IMG/VR virus record: IMGVR_UViG_3300028624_000003
Span: 156,983 to 220,982 of that record
Length of the DNA: 64,000 nucleotides
Strand: one strand, 5' to 3'
Origin: a virus
Lineage: Duplodnaviria; Caudoviricetes
Position numbers and translations under genes: made by a program. Position 1 is the first letter of the stretch. The number at the start of each line of letters is the position of its first letter. The notes under the pieces were generated by a model that did not search any database, was not told the origin of the DNA, and worked only from the letters and a program-made list of their open reading frames with translations. This document shows, piece after piece, positions 47,334 through 56,138 of the stretch.

Positions 47334-48380
47334 ATGCCAGAAACAGTTGGACTGGATGATGTCATCGACATCCATTCACACCTGAGTGATCTGTGCTTCT
47401 CAGGGATGGACTTAGCAGAACTAGGTTCTCACTATTCTGCAGTCCTGAATGATTTCAGACAGTACGGGAGGCTCTCCCCCGCAGCAGAGAGATTCGTCCT
47501 TAACGACGATCAATTCCTCGAGTATTTGCGCACTCCAAATAGCAAATCTCCTCAAGATGTCCTTTATGCAGTAGAAGGTATCGTCAAGGATATCTTTACT
47601 GCCATCTTCAATTTCCTCAAACGAATCGTGACTGGTCTCTGGGACTTCATTCGCAAGATTTTTGGTCTTCAGAAGAACGTCAAAGCTAGTAACGAAAGTA
47701 ACATCAAAAAACTTCGTCCTCTCTTTGACAAGTACCAATCAGATCTGGACAAAATCAAACTTCCCGAATCCGTACCTCCTATGTCCAAAGTCGAAGGGGT
47801 ACTGCACAAGTTGGAATCTATTCTCCGTGAAGTCGTGAAGTTCGATGTCACCAAACTCGACTCACAAGTAAACGCAATCCTCGACGGCAAATCCGAAGAA
47901 GCTGACTTCCAAATAGATTTCGCCAAAATCATAGGACCCAATTACGTAGACGATCTCAACGATGTAGGTATCTCTCTGGAAGAAGATCTTCCTGTATTCG
48001 AGTCTGTATTCAACATCGCCACTACGGATTCCACCATCCGTGGACTCGGGTACAACTATTCAGAAATCGTACATCTTCTCGGTATCAACGAAAAGGGCAT
48101 CCATCCCTTGCGTACTCAGATGGAGAAGATGACGAAGACGTTCGAGAAAATTACGAACAACATTTCCAAGCTCAAGAATAAACTCCAGAACGACGACTCC
48201 GCAAAAGAAAAGTACCAGGGAGTACTGGAAGTCTTGCCCAAAGAGATTTCCAAGATCACTGGACTTTACCACAAGCTCGCCACCGCTTGTCTGGCCTATG
48301 AGTACAAGATGGCAGATATCATCAAGTGCCACTACGAAGCTCTCAAGTACTACAACGACAGCAACGGAAAAACGAAATAA
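47334..48380 (+). CDS. Inner-head protein paralog
   Basis: ATG 47334 (SD AAGGAG); AVE|GIVKDIFTAIFNFLKRI; STIRGLGYN. Confidence 0.7.
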   Translation: MPETVGLDDVIDIHSHLSDLCFSGMDLAELGSHYSAVLNDFRQYGRLSPAAERFVLNDDQFLEYLRTPNSKSPQDVLYAVEGIVKDIFTAIFNFLKRIVTGLWDFIRKIFGLQKNVKASNESNIKKLRPLFDKYQSDLDKIKLPESVPPMSKVEGVLHKLESILREVVKFDVTKLDSQVNAILDGKSEEADFQIDFAKIIGPNYVDDLNDVGISLEEDLPVFESVFNIATTDSTIRGLGYNYSEIVHLLGINEKGIHPLRTQMEKMTKTFEKITNNISKLKNKLQNDDSAKEKYQGVLEVLPKEISKITGLYHKLATACLAYEYKMADIIKCHYEALKYYNDSNGKTK

Positions 48381-48387
48381 CCACAGC

Positions 48388-48415
48388 AGAGAGGAAGCCC
48401 AAAAGCTTCCTCTCT
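48388..48415 (+). terminator. Stem-loop
   Basis: AGAGAGGAAGC-CCAAAA-GCTTCCTCTCT. Confidence 0.6.
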
Positions 48416-48424
48416 ACGTGCTAA

Positions 48425-48432
48425 ATGATATG
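48425..48432 (+). promoter_or_regulatory. Late promoter ATGATATG
   Basis: About 30 nt upstream of the ATG at 48463. Confidence 0.5.
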
Positions 48433-48462
48433 GCTTTACTTAGTCATACGGAGGAACGCCAA

Positions 48463-49560
48463 ATGCCTATTTCTACTTTTACAATTTGTCCCGGAAATGA
48501 TCGTCTTCCAGCAGAAGACGTAATATCTGATCTTCTACTTGAACAAGCACGTGCTCGTGCACATGGTGTGTACATAAACGGCATGAGCAATCTCGGCATG
48601 TGTCTCGCTAATCTTAACGAGTACAGCCAGAGAAATGAAGATCCCAATAGCTGGGCATTCATGTCAGGCGGAGCTGCGGAATCGATGGAAGGATTCATCG
48701 AAATCGTAAAGAGTACACTCAGTGCGATCGTAAACTTCATAAAAGAGCTACTGAAGAAGCTGATGGAGTTCTTTGGTTCTCTATTCGGTCGCACAGGCCA
48801 CAACTGTGACGTGACACAAGCCAACATTCGTACACTAAACTCCAAAATAGTGGAAGTACCTGAGTCACGTCGTAGGTTTGATGCTATCGAAATTGAGCCG
48901 GCATGTCCGCAACAGTTCTTTATCGAGTACGCAAAATCTGTCACGTATCTTTTGGATACTCTCGATAAGGCAGTAGGGTCCGAACAAATTCGTCTTTACG
49001 GAAGACGACTGTTGAATTCTCTACAGTCAGACGAACCTGTGATAGATCGTCCGCAGAGTGTGGAACTCATTCTTCACGACCAGAAGTACGTAGACTCATC
49101 CAAGTTTGTTGGACTGGAATATCCCAACTTTCAAGTTGGTGTAGTAAATTCCAAATCTCTCACTGGTGTAGTCTTCGGCAGTACACTGAAGAGTACATTA
49201 GGTACTTCCAACAGAAGCACCATGTCACAATTGGGATATTCTCCCGAAAGCTTGACATCCATCTGCAATGACTATGTCATACCTCTGGAATCGAAACTCA
49301 AAGGTATCAAGACAAAAGTCGACAATATCGGAACCATGCAAGTATTGTGCAAACATCAAATCACTCAACTGCATTATGACAAGCGATTTGTCTCGGATAT
49401 CACGAAGACTGGTGACACTTACAAAAAGATCACCATGCTTACGGAATTCGTCGCAGATCTTGGTACCATCATGATCCTGTACACCAAGATCTCATGCGCC
49501 GCAGACGAAGTGATCGCTTACCACAAAATTTTGTCCACTGCAGCTGCCAACGGAGTTTAG
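48463..49560 (+). CDS. Inner-head protein paralog
   Basis: ATG 48463 (SD GGAGG); AAE-SME|GFIEIVK; STMSQLGYS. Confidence 0.7.
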   Translation: MPISTFTICPGNDRLPAEDVISDLLLEQARARAHGVYINGMSNLGMCLANLNEYSQRNEDPNSWAFMSGGAAESMEGFIEIVKSTLSAIVNFIKELLKKLMEFFGSLFGRTGHNCDVTQANIRTLNSKIVEVPESRRRFDAIEIEPACPQQFFIEYAKSVTYLLDTLDKAVGSEQIRLYGRRLLNSLQSDEPVIDRPQSVELILHDQKYVDSSKFVGLEYPNFQVGVVNSKSLTGVVFGSTLKSTLGTSNRSTMSQLGYSPESLTSICNDYVIPLESKLKGIKTKVDNIGTMQVLCKHQITQLHYDKRFVSDITKTGDTYKKITMLTEFVADLGTIMILYTKISCAADEVIAYHKILSTAAANGV

Positions 49561-49561
49561 C

Positions 49562-50599
49562 ATGACTTCTACTTTTGTCAATCTGCTCAAAGATCCGAGT
49601 GCAACCTACCTCGATGCAAGCGATGGATACTGTGAACTCTTGGGTTCTCTTGATTCTTACCACATGCTGCACCGTAAACTGGAAAATACATCTGAATATT
49701 TCCGCTATGGAAATCATGCGATATCCACAGGATACGAAAGTCTGCAAAGTCTCTTGACTGACGGGTACGGCATCGAATCCGCAGAACTAACCGAAATGAT
49801 CACCGGTTTCATCAAGAAGATTTTCAATGCGATCTACAACACAATTGCACGGGTGATTAAGACCATCACCAGTCTTTTCACCAAAGTTGCAAAAGTAGAT
49901 AGACGCATTCGCGATAACGCCGAAGAACTGTACACCAAGTTCAAAGAGTTGAAGTCCAAGAACGAAGGAAATCGTCAGGACATCAATACTTACTTCTCGA
50001 ATCAGCTCGTAACTCACATGTGTGCAAAGAAAGAAATACTCGAGATCATGCAATCCTACGAAAAGATCGCGAGTGTGATCACCATTGACGCACATTCTGA
50101 AATCAAGAAACGTATCGCATCGATGAGTACCGATCAGTCGGGTACCCCTGATTGGGTAACCCATACATTGCTTTCTGATCTGGAACATCTCGGCATCACT
50201 CTGACTGATTCTGCATCGAAATATTCTTCGCCCTTCAAGGATCGTCCTGAAGCATCTCTCGGTACTCTCGGCTTCACTACTGTCGATAGTGTGGATGAAG
50301 TAAACCTGAAGTACAACGATCTGGTATGGAGTAAATACAATACGCTCAAGAAGCTCGTAGATAACCTCAAAGAGTATCAGTCCACCTTGAAAAACAAGGA
50401 AGCTGAACTTCTGAAAGATGTCTCGATGGATCGGCAGATCGTCACACAGAATGCAGTGGATATTCAGAAACACATCAGCATCGTAATCTCTATCTTCGCT
50501 GCATTGAAGCAGGTCAACACCACTCTTAACTTCCGTAGAAAGAGAGTGACTGAAATCGGATTGCGTGCACTCGATACCAGTAATCACAAGAAGGACTAG
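49562..50599 (+). CDS. Inner-head protein paralog
   Basis: GYE, GIE and SAE sites followed by an amphipathic helix; ASLGTLGFT. Confidence 0.7.
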   Translation: MTSTFVNLLKDPSATYLDASDGYCELLGSLDSYHMLHRKLENTSEYFRYGNHAISTGYESLQSLLTDGYGIESAELTEMITGFIKKIFNAIYNTIARVIKTITSLFTKVAKVDRRIRDNAEELYTKFKELKSKNEGNRQDINTYFSNQLVTHMCAKKEILEIMQSYEKIASVITIDAHSEIKKRIASMSTDQSGTPDWVTHTLLSDLEHLGITLTDSASKYSSPFKDRPEASLGTLGFTTVDSVDEVNLKYNDLVWSKYNTLKKLVDNLKEYQSTLKNKEAELLKDVSMDRQIVTQNAVDIQKHISIVISIFAALKQVNTTLNFRRKRVTEIGLRALDTSNHKKD

Positions 50600-50609
50600 G
50601 AGGTCGATC

Positions 50610-52178
50610 ATGTGGCTTCGTGGATTCGAAGGAATCGACTTTCAGTCTGAATCCAAGTTATTCAAAGCGCTCACTGCAGTGTTTCAAGAAGCGATGGATG
50701 AAAGAGACGCCATTGCTAGTGCAGCACCAGATCGTTCCATGCGTATTCACCAGGTGTTTACTTATGTCAAAAAGACATTCACACCTAAGTTTACCAAAGC
50801 GATCAAAGACAATACCAATCTCGATGTAATCAAAGTATCCTACACAGGAACACACGGGATCACGGGTCTCTTTGCTGTCAACCTGTCAATGGACAACTTT
50901 CGAGATGTGGCAGAAATCGTAGCAATGCAGACAGGGCAAAGTGCTCCGCCTAAGACACTCCGCCAGTCTCTCATCGAAATGCGTGACATGCACAAACAGC
51001 TCAACACCAAAACAGGTGAGCTGACATCCAACACTTACGGTAAAGGTCGAAAGATCTTCTGTGAGCTGTACATGGATGCAATGTACGCATTTCTCTTGCA
51101 CGATTTCATACCTGAGAGAATAGCTCCACTACCTACAGCAAAGGAGCTTGCAGCAATTTATCTGCACGAGATCGGTCACGTGCTCACTGTCGTAGAACGA
51201 AGTGCACATTGGTACATGACCATCGAGAGAAATACCAGACATCTCGACGTACTCGTCAAACAAGGCGACAGAAAAGAGAACCTGAAGGCATTCATCGAAA
51301 TCGGTCTGCCCATGCTGAACGAGATGGCAAAGAAAAACGTGATCAGCAAAGAGTCTGTTAACGTGATAACCAATGCTATCAGTACTGCTTCATACATGGA
51401 CAATATCGACGAGGATGGCATCACTTCTGCTACTCTGACTCTGATATTCATGACCATCAATACCATTCTTCTGGTGTGCCTGCACATATGGTTCAACACC
51501 ATCGTAGGATTGCATCTTGGTATGCTGGTTACTGGACTCATGTCCGAGTTTACCTTCATGACAGATGGTGGTGGTAAGTCCAGTGATACCACCAACACTG
51601 CACACAACCTGTACATGCAAGAAAGGCTAGCTGACGAATTCGTATCCAGACACGGTGCAGGTGGACATTTAGCCAGTGCCCTCAATTCCATGGGTGTGGT
51701 ATTCGAAGCAGCAATGCTACTCGATGGTGGTGTAGCTAACACCAGATTGAAGAAATTGTCTCTGTTTACAGGGATGATAAAGCTGGCTGTATGTGTGATG
51801 AAGTGGGCAGGAGTCTTCGCAGTAGAAGCTCCTAACTATGAAGCACAGTACAATCGCGTCAAACGTCTCATCCAAAACGCAAATGCGATGTTCAAGAACC
51901 AGCTGATACGCACTGACGTACTTCACATGTACTTGAGTGACTATGCAAAGCTGGAAAAAGAACTCGAAGTTGCTAAAGGATCCAGAGGCGATCAAGCCAG
52001 AAAGATCATACACGACTATCTGATCCAGTACGCTAAGCCTACTACTGTGATGGCCATGCTACTGACAGGTAGGTTCACTGCAGATTACGAGAAGCAGCAG
52101 AATCTCGTAGAAGACTTGATCAACAACAAGCTCTACGCACTCTCTGCCAAATTCAAGTTACGTGCACAACAATCATAA
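50610..52178 (+). CDS. Virion protein with an M48-like zinc metalloprotease motif and hydrophobic segments
   Basis: ATG 50610 (SD GGAGG); GFE|GIDFQ; AIYLHEIGH...ERLADEF...G...LASAL; long hydrophobic helix. Confidence 0.7.
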   Translation: MWLRGFEGIDFQSESKLFKALTAVFQEAMDERDAIASAAPDRSMRIHQVFTYVKKTFTPKFTKAIKDNTNLDVIKVSYTGTHGITGLFAVNLSMDNFRDVAEIVAMQTGQSAPPKTLRQSLIEMRDMHKQLNTKTGELTSNTYGKGRKIFCELYMDAMYAFLLHDFIPERIAPLPTAKELAAIYLHEIGHVLTVVERSAHWYMTIERNTRHLDVLVKQGDRKENLKAFIEIGLPMLNEMAKKNVISKESVNVITNAISTASYMDNIDEDGITSATLTLIFMTINTILLVCLHIWFNTIVGLHLGMLVTGLMSEFTFMTDGGGKSSDTTNTAHNLYMQERLADEFVSRHGAGGHLASALNSMGVVFEAAMLLDGGVANTRLKKLSLFTGMIKLAVCVMKWAGVFAVEAPNYEAQYNRVKRLIQNANAMFKNQLIRTDVLHMYLSDYAKLEKELEVAKGSRGDQARKIIHDYLIQYAKPTTVMAMLLTGRFTADYEKQQNLVEDLINNKLYALSAKFKLRAQQS

Positions 52179-52185
52179 CCCCAAC

Positions 52186-52215
52186 CTGAGAGTGGATCGA
52201 TCGATCCACTCTCAG
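52186..52215. repeat. Perfect 30-bp palindrome (hairpin/terminator)
   Basis: CTGAGAGTGGATCGA|TCGATCCACTCTCAG. Confidence 0.85.
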
Positions 52216-52366
52216 TAGTATATACTCTGTATTGGTATATCCTGTAGCTCTCCCCAGAGCCTATATAAATTACACTAAACTGAATGATTTTATTACTGAG
52301 ATTATGTGCATTAATACTCCTTCGTTGCATTAATATGAACAACCCCAGCAAACATGGAGAACTCTC

Positions 52367-52870
52367 ATGAACGATCCATTGAATGTAATACCACTCAAAC
52401 GTATAGGTCACGCAAAGTATTGGAACATCTTTCGTAGACACTATCCAATCTGGGATGACAAGTTCTCCGAATCTCAGCGTAAACTTTCGTTGACATCAGG
52501 AGGACCTAAACTTCTCCGTACGACAATGTCACAAAGCGAATACGGTGAGTTGATAAAGGCGTACGAAAAAGACGAAGATACTCAAGTATTTTTGTGTCTC
52601 ATAGAAGAAACTCCCATTGGCTATGTCTTGTGCAAAAAAGCAAGGGGATACGTAGACAATGTTTGGTTTATCTCGGAACTTTACATAGATTCGAAGTATC
52701 GTGGTCATGGCTATGGTAGAGAAGCTCTTACATTCGCTGAACGGCATTTTCGTTCAGTCGGTGTAAAGTACGTCATGCTGCGCGTTCATGAGTACAATAA
52801 AGTGGCTAAGACTTTATACACCACTCAAAAGTACTCGGCAGATACTACTGTCATGTACAAGAAACTTTAG
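52367..52870 (+). CDS. GNAT N-acetyltransferase
   Basis: ELYIDSKYRGHGYGREAL; LRVHEYNKVAKTLY. Confidence 0.85.
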   Translation: MNDPLNVIPLKRIGHAKYWNIFRRHYPIWDDKFSESQRKLSLTSGGPKLLRTTMSQSEYGELIKAYEKDEDTQVFLCLIEETPIGYVLCKKARGYVDNVWFISELYIDSKYRGHGYGREALTFAERHFRSVGVKYVMLRVHEYNKVAKTLYTTQKYSADTTVMYKKL

Positions 52871-52887
52871 TCACATGGAGTCAACAA

Positions 52888-53643
52888 ATGCTCAAAGCAA
52901 TTGAAAAATACATAGTGGACCAGCAGGGTCGTCTTCCTACAAAGACGGACGAATCGATCGAATACTTGTACCATTTATCACCAACCGCAGGCATCAAAGT
53001 ACTAAAACCCAGAACGAGTAAGAGTTCTGAGAAACATGGGAGTAAAGAAACCAACCGAGTTTGTTTGGGTGACGGAGTGCATTGTTGTATACAGGCTATG
53101 TTTTTACCAGGATGGAGTAGAAACTTTACTTACGACAAGAACGATGGAATGATCCATCTGAATGAAGCTAGAATTTCGTTACACACATTTCGGTTCTACG
53201 TCTATCGTGCACCTGTTACAAGTTTGAATCCGGACAAAGTTATCGTGTATGAACTCGGTAAGAAAAATGAATACTATCCAGTATTCGATCAGTTGCTGAC
53301 AGGTGAAGTCGGTTATACTGATCCACTCCCGGTTGAGTACGTAGGTACTGTAGATGTCACTATGCTCAATCAAGCAGATCACCTAGCCAACCAGAAATAC
53401 CCATATCTGTACTACTGGGTATCCATGACTGACTACAAACAAGCTCCTACGCCTTTCCATGATTTCGTAATAAAGATATCTGGTCCTGGTAAGGAGTACA
53501 GTCTCAACGAAATTGATCTTGAAAAGCACAAAGAAACACTGAACCGTAGAGGTCAGTTAATGCGAGATCGTTTGCGTAAAATGGCACACGAAGTAGCAAG
53601 TCGGCTCGATACTTACTACGTTTCAGGAAAGCCCCTCAAATAA
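52888..53643 (+). CDS. Hypothetical protein, possibly ADP-ribosyltransferase-like fold
   Basis: LYHLS...LKPR...E..RVCLG...C pattern and late GEV. Confidence 0.45.
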   Translation: MLKAIEKYIVDQQGRLPTKTDESIEYLYHLSPTAGIKVLKPRTSKSSEKHGSKETNRVCLGDGVHCCIQAMFLPGWSRNFTYDKNDGMIHLNEARISLHTFRFYVYRAPVTSLNPDKVIVYELGKKNEYYPVFDQLLTGEVGYTDPLPVEYVGTVDVTMLNQADHLANQKYPYLYYWVSMTDYKQAPTPFHDFVIKISGPGKEYSLNEIDLEKHKETLNRRGQLMRDRLRKMAHEVASRLDTYYVSGKPLK

Positions 53644-53645
53644 CG

Positions 53646-53675
53646 TGACAGAGAGACCGTGAGGTCTCTCTGTCA
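53646..53675 (+). terminator. 13-bp stem-loop with GNRA loop
   Basis: TGACAGAGAGACC-GTGA-GGTCTCTCTGTCA. Confidence 0.65.
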
Positions 53676-53691
53676 TTCATCTATTTTTAGA

Positions 53692-53709
53692 TATACATTA
53701 CAATCTTGA
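53692..53709 (+). promoter_or_regulatory. Early promoter TATACATTAC-N6-GA
   Basis: Motif copy. Confidence 0.8.
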
Positions 53710-53743
53710 TATACCGACAACCTCTAACATAGGAGTTTGGTGT

Positions 53744-54025
53744 ATGAAATACTGGCTAGTACTAGTGTGGATGATTATACTACTTATCGGCAGCTACTGC
53801 AAAGCTGCTGATTCCGAATCAGACAGGTACCTGTTTGACGGATACGCCATCATCCACATCCCCGCAGCTGAGCATCGCAAGTTCTATATATTTCACGTAA
53901 GCGGAAGAACTTACAAGTTCTATACCGTACCGTGTCCATACAAGAAGGACTGCGACACGGTGGCAGTACCACAAGACATTGCAGAAAAAATAAGACCCAT
54001 GGTCGACCAAAGGAGCACGAAATGA
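53744..54025 (+). CDS. Small exported/membrane protein
   Basis: Signal-like MKYWLVLVWMIILLIGSYCKA; SD AGGAG. Confidence 0.7.
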   Translation: MKYWLVLVWMIILLIGSYCKAADSESDRYLFDGYAIIHIPAAEHRKFYIFHVSGRTYKFYTVPCPYKKDCDTVAVPQDIAEKIRPMVDQRSTK

Positions 54026-54066
54026 ACGGCTGGATCATCATCTTCTTCTAACCGAAAGGACTGAAC

Positions 54067-54498
54067 ATGAGAACTTTTCTCCTCAGTATCGTAGCGATGT
54101 TTTTCTTCGGCGCAACTGCTGCGGCGGAGCCAACCGCAATAGGCTACCAGCTTGAGCTGGACAGCAGAGCTGGAAAGGCCCAGCTCTCATTCCACGAAGA
54201 GTTGGAGAAGCCGATGGCTTTTCTCCATCTACGGGTGGATAAGCCGTTACCACAAGATACGTGGTCATTGGTTCTGTGGATCAACGACACAGAGTTGGTG
54301 TTCCCTATGGAACAGTATGTATTCGGCGACGAATCACATGAACTCATCTGTTCCATAGACCCCAAAGAAATTCAACCCATCGTGGACATGATCCATACTT
54401 CCACAGTGGTACGTGTCGCGCTATACGGAGACGATACCCACGACAAAATCTGGGTTCGTCAAGACCCATGGCTTCATATGACCCAATATCAAAACTGA
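54067..54498 (+). CDS. Secreted (periplasmic) protein
   Basis: Signal peptide MRTFLLSIVAMFFFGATAAA|EP. Confidence 0.7.
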   Translation: MRTFLLSIVAMFFFGATAAAEPTAIGYQLELDSRAGKAQLSFHEELEKPMAFLHLRVDKPLPQDTWSLVLWINDTELVFPMEQYVFGDESHELICSIDPKEIQPIVDMIHTSTVVRVALYGDDTHDKIWVRQDPWLHMTQYQN

Positions 54499-54540
54499 CG
54501 GGCGGAGTCTGCGGACTCCTCCTGTCATCGGAGGAGTCCA

Positions 54541-54666
54541 ATGCTTACTCGCGCTATTGCAATAGTCGCACTCGTGACAGTGATGGCAATGGCCCTCGCT
54601 TGCTGCTACAACTACGGCCAGCAGGCGTCCCAGGTTGTCATGGTACGCGGTACCGTGATCCGTTAA
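54541..54666 (+). CDS. 41-aa hydrophobic protein (not in the ORF track)
   Basis: SD GGAGGAG; MLTRAIAIVALVTVMAMALACCYNYG... Confidence 0.6.
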   Translation: MLTRAIAIVALVTVMAMALACCYNYGQQASQVVMVRGTVIR

Positions 54667-54689
54667 CACAAAAGCAAAGGAGAACTGAC

Positions 54690-55088
54690 ATGACCAGATT
54701 CGAATACACTGGAGGCTCAGTTGGAAGGGCCTGGACTTACCGCAAGGGTGAGTTCAGAATCTTCGCAGGGCACTTGTGCTTTTGCGAAGACTACGCTGAG
54801 TCGATCACTCTCGGTACGGCTACGCCGACACAGTTCGATGAACTGAACCACCCTTTCTACGTAACCATGCACCGGCCCACGGGTAAGTCTCTGCGGGTAC
54901 ACCCCATGCACAAGGCAGGGGTTCTGCCCATCGCCAGAGAACTGGCCAGAACAACTGGCCAAGAAATCCACATTGAGTTCGGTGACTCGATCACCGAACG
55001 CGTTGTTGTTGTCGAAAACAATCAGATCTGTGAGTTTGCCACGGGTGCGCATGTTGACGAAGCGTACCGTGAACACTACACTCTCTAA
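54690..55088 (+). CDS. Early protein, HPF-family paralog 1
   Basis: ATG 54690 (SD AAGGAG); ELNHPFYVTM...VHPM...IARELA. Confidence 0.65.
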   Translation: MTRFEYTGGSVGRAWTYRKGEFRIFAGHLCFCEDYAESITLGTATPTQFDELNHPFYVTMHRPTGKSLRVHPMHKAGVLPIARELARTTGQEIHIEFGDSITERVVVVENNQICEFATGAHVDEAYREHYTL

Positions 55089-55103
55089 AGAAGGAGATGA
55101 AAA

Positions 55104-55508
55104 ATGTTTGATATCAATAACATTGTAATGATGCAGTACATGGCCAGCGGAATCTACGAGATCCCGTACCCATTTAACACAGAGAATCACGACGGGACGT
55201 GTTATTTCGCACAAATCCTCGTCGTGAACAACGACGGGACCTACGAGGTCACCAGCTTCATCGAGGCTGACGAGGACGACCTCGACCTTACAAGGATAAG
55301 GTTTATCCCTGCTGCGTTCTTGACCCGCGAAGCCAAGCGGGTCATGCAGAAAAGGTGCCGTTTAGGGGGCTACAGCCGACCCAAGGGTAGCCGCCCATCT
55401 GCCGGGTATTGGCAGATCAACATGTGGGAGGAGCACGATTTCATGCCTTATGAGGCATGTCGTGCGAAAAAGACCTATTCACGTCCCCAGCCATGGGAGC
55501 GTGGATAG
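55104..55508 (+). CDS. Hypothetical early protein
   Basis: SD AAGGAG. Confidence 0.7.
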   Translation: MFDINNIVMMQYMASGIYEIPYPFNTENHDGTCYFAQILVVNNDGTYEVTSFIEADEDDLDLTRIRFIPAAFLTREAKRVMQKRCRLGGYSRPKGSRPSAGYWQINMWEEHDFMPYEACRAKKTYSRPQPWERG

Positions 55509-55510
55509 GA

Positions 55511-55541
55511 GACAGAGGTGGGGTGTAACCCCACCTCTGTC
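55511..55541 (+). terminator. 13-bp stem-loop
   Basis: GACAGAGGTGGGG-TGTAA-CCCCACCTCTGTC. Confidence 0.65.
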
Positions 55542-55572
55542 CATCTCTAAATGGCATTCATCTATTTTTAGA

Positions 55573-55590
55573 TATACATTACTATTTTGA
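55573..55590 (+). promoter_or_regulatory. Early promoter TATACATTAC-N6-GA
   Basis: Motif copy. Confidence 0.8.
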
Positions 55591-55625
55591 TATCCACCCA
55601 ACAATCTAACCGTAGGAGATTTATC

Positions 55626-56009
55626 ATGCGTGCATTTACTGTTGATTTCAATGGCGATCGTGCATCGATCATCGGTGACGCATACGAGCTTAACGGGATG
55701 CAATTCCTTGCCAACCCCGGCGCGAACGTTGGTCGTGTACTGGATACGACTCCTAACCGGATCGACCACCCGTTCCATCTCGAGATGAGGAGTAAGTCCA
55801 GATGGAACCCCATCTACATATACCCCCTCGAACGGGAACATGTTCTGAAGCTGGCGAAGATAATCTCCAGCGACCTCGGGTGCAGTGTCGATATTGTCGC
55901 CTCGGCGAGGATCCTCATCAATTACGAAGATGGGGTTCTCATGAAGGAGTACAGTATCACCGATTTCTACGTGATGTCAGAGGAGGAAGCAAAAATGTAC
56001 CAGTTGTAA
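55626..56009 (+). CDS. Early protein, HPF-family paralog 2
   Basis: MRAFTVDF...IGD...HPFHLEM...YPLEREHV. Confidence 0.75.
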   Translation: MRAFTVDFNGDRASIIGDAYELNGMQFLANPGANVGRVLDTTPNRIDHPFHLEMRSKSRWNPIYIYPLEREHVLKLAKIISSDLGCSVDIVASARILINYEDGVLMKEYSITDFYVMSEEEAKMYQL

Positions 56010-56019
56010 ACCATCGTAG

Positions 56020-56059
56020 AGATAGACAGAGGTGGGCATGTGCCCACCTCTGTCTATCT
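56020..56059 (+). terminator. Inverted repeat with 19-bp arms
   Basis: AGATAGACAGAGGTGGGCA-TG-TGCCCACCTCTGTCTATCT. Confidence 0.7.
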
Positions 56060-56086
56060 ATCCAACCGTTATCCATCTTTTTTGGG

Positions 56087-56104
56087 TATATATTACTAAT
56101 TAGA
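56087..56104 (+). promoter_or_regulatory. Early promoter TATATATTAC-N6-GA
   Basis: Motif copy. Confidence 0.8.
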
Positions 56105-56138
56105 ATACTCCACCAATATCTAACCAGTGAGGAATACC

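Noticed and set aside
53646-56104. CRISPR array or integron attC array
   Set aside because: Repeats are few, separated by whole genes, and explained by terminator/promoter motifs; no cas or integrase gene, no attC core sites
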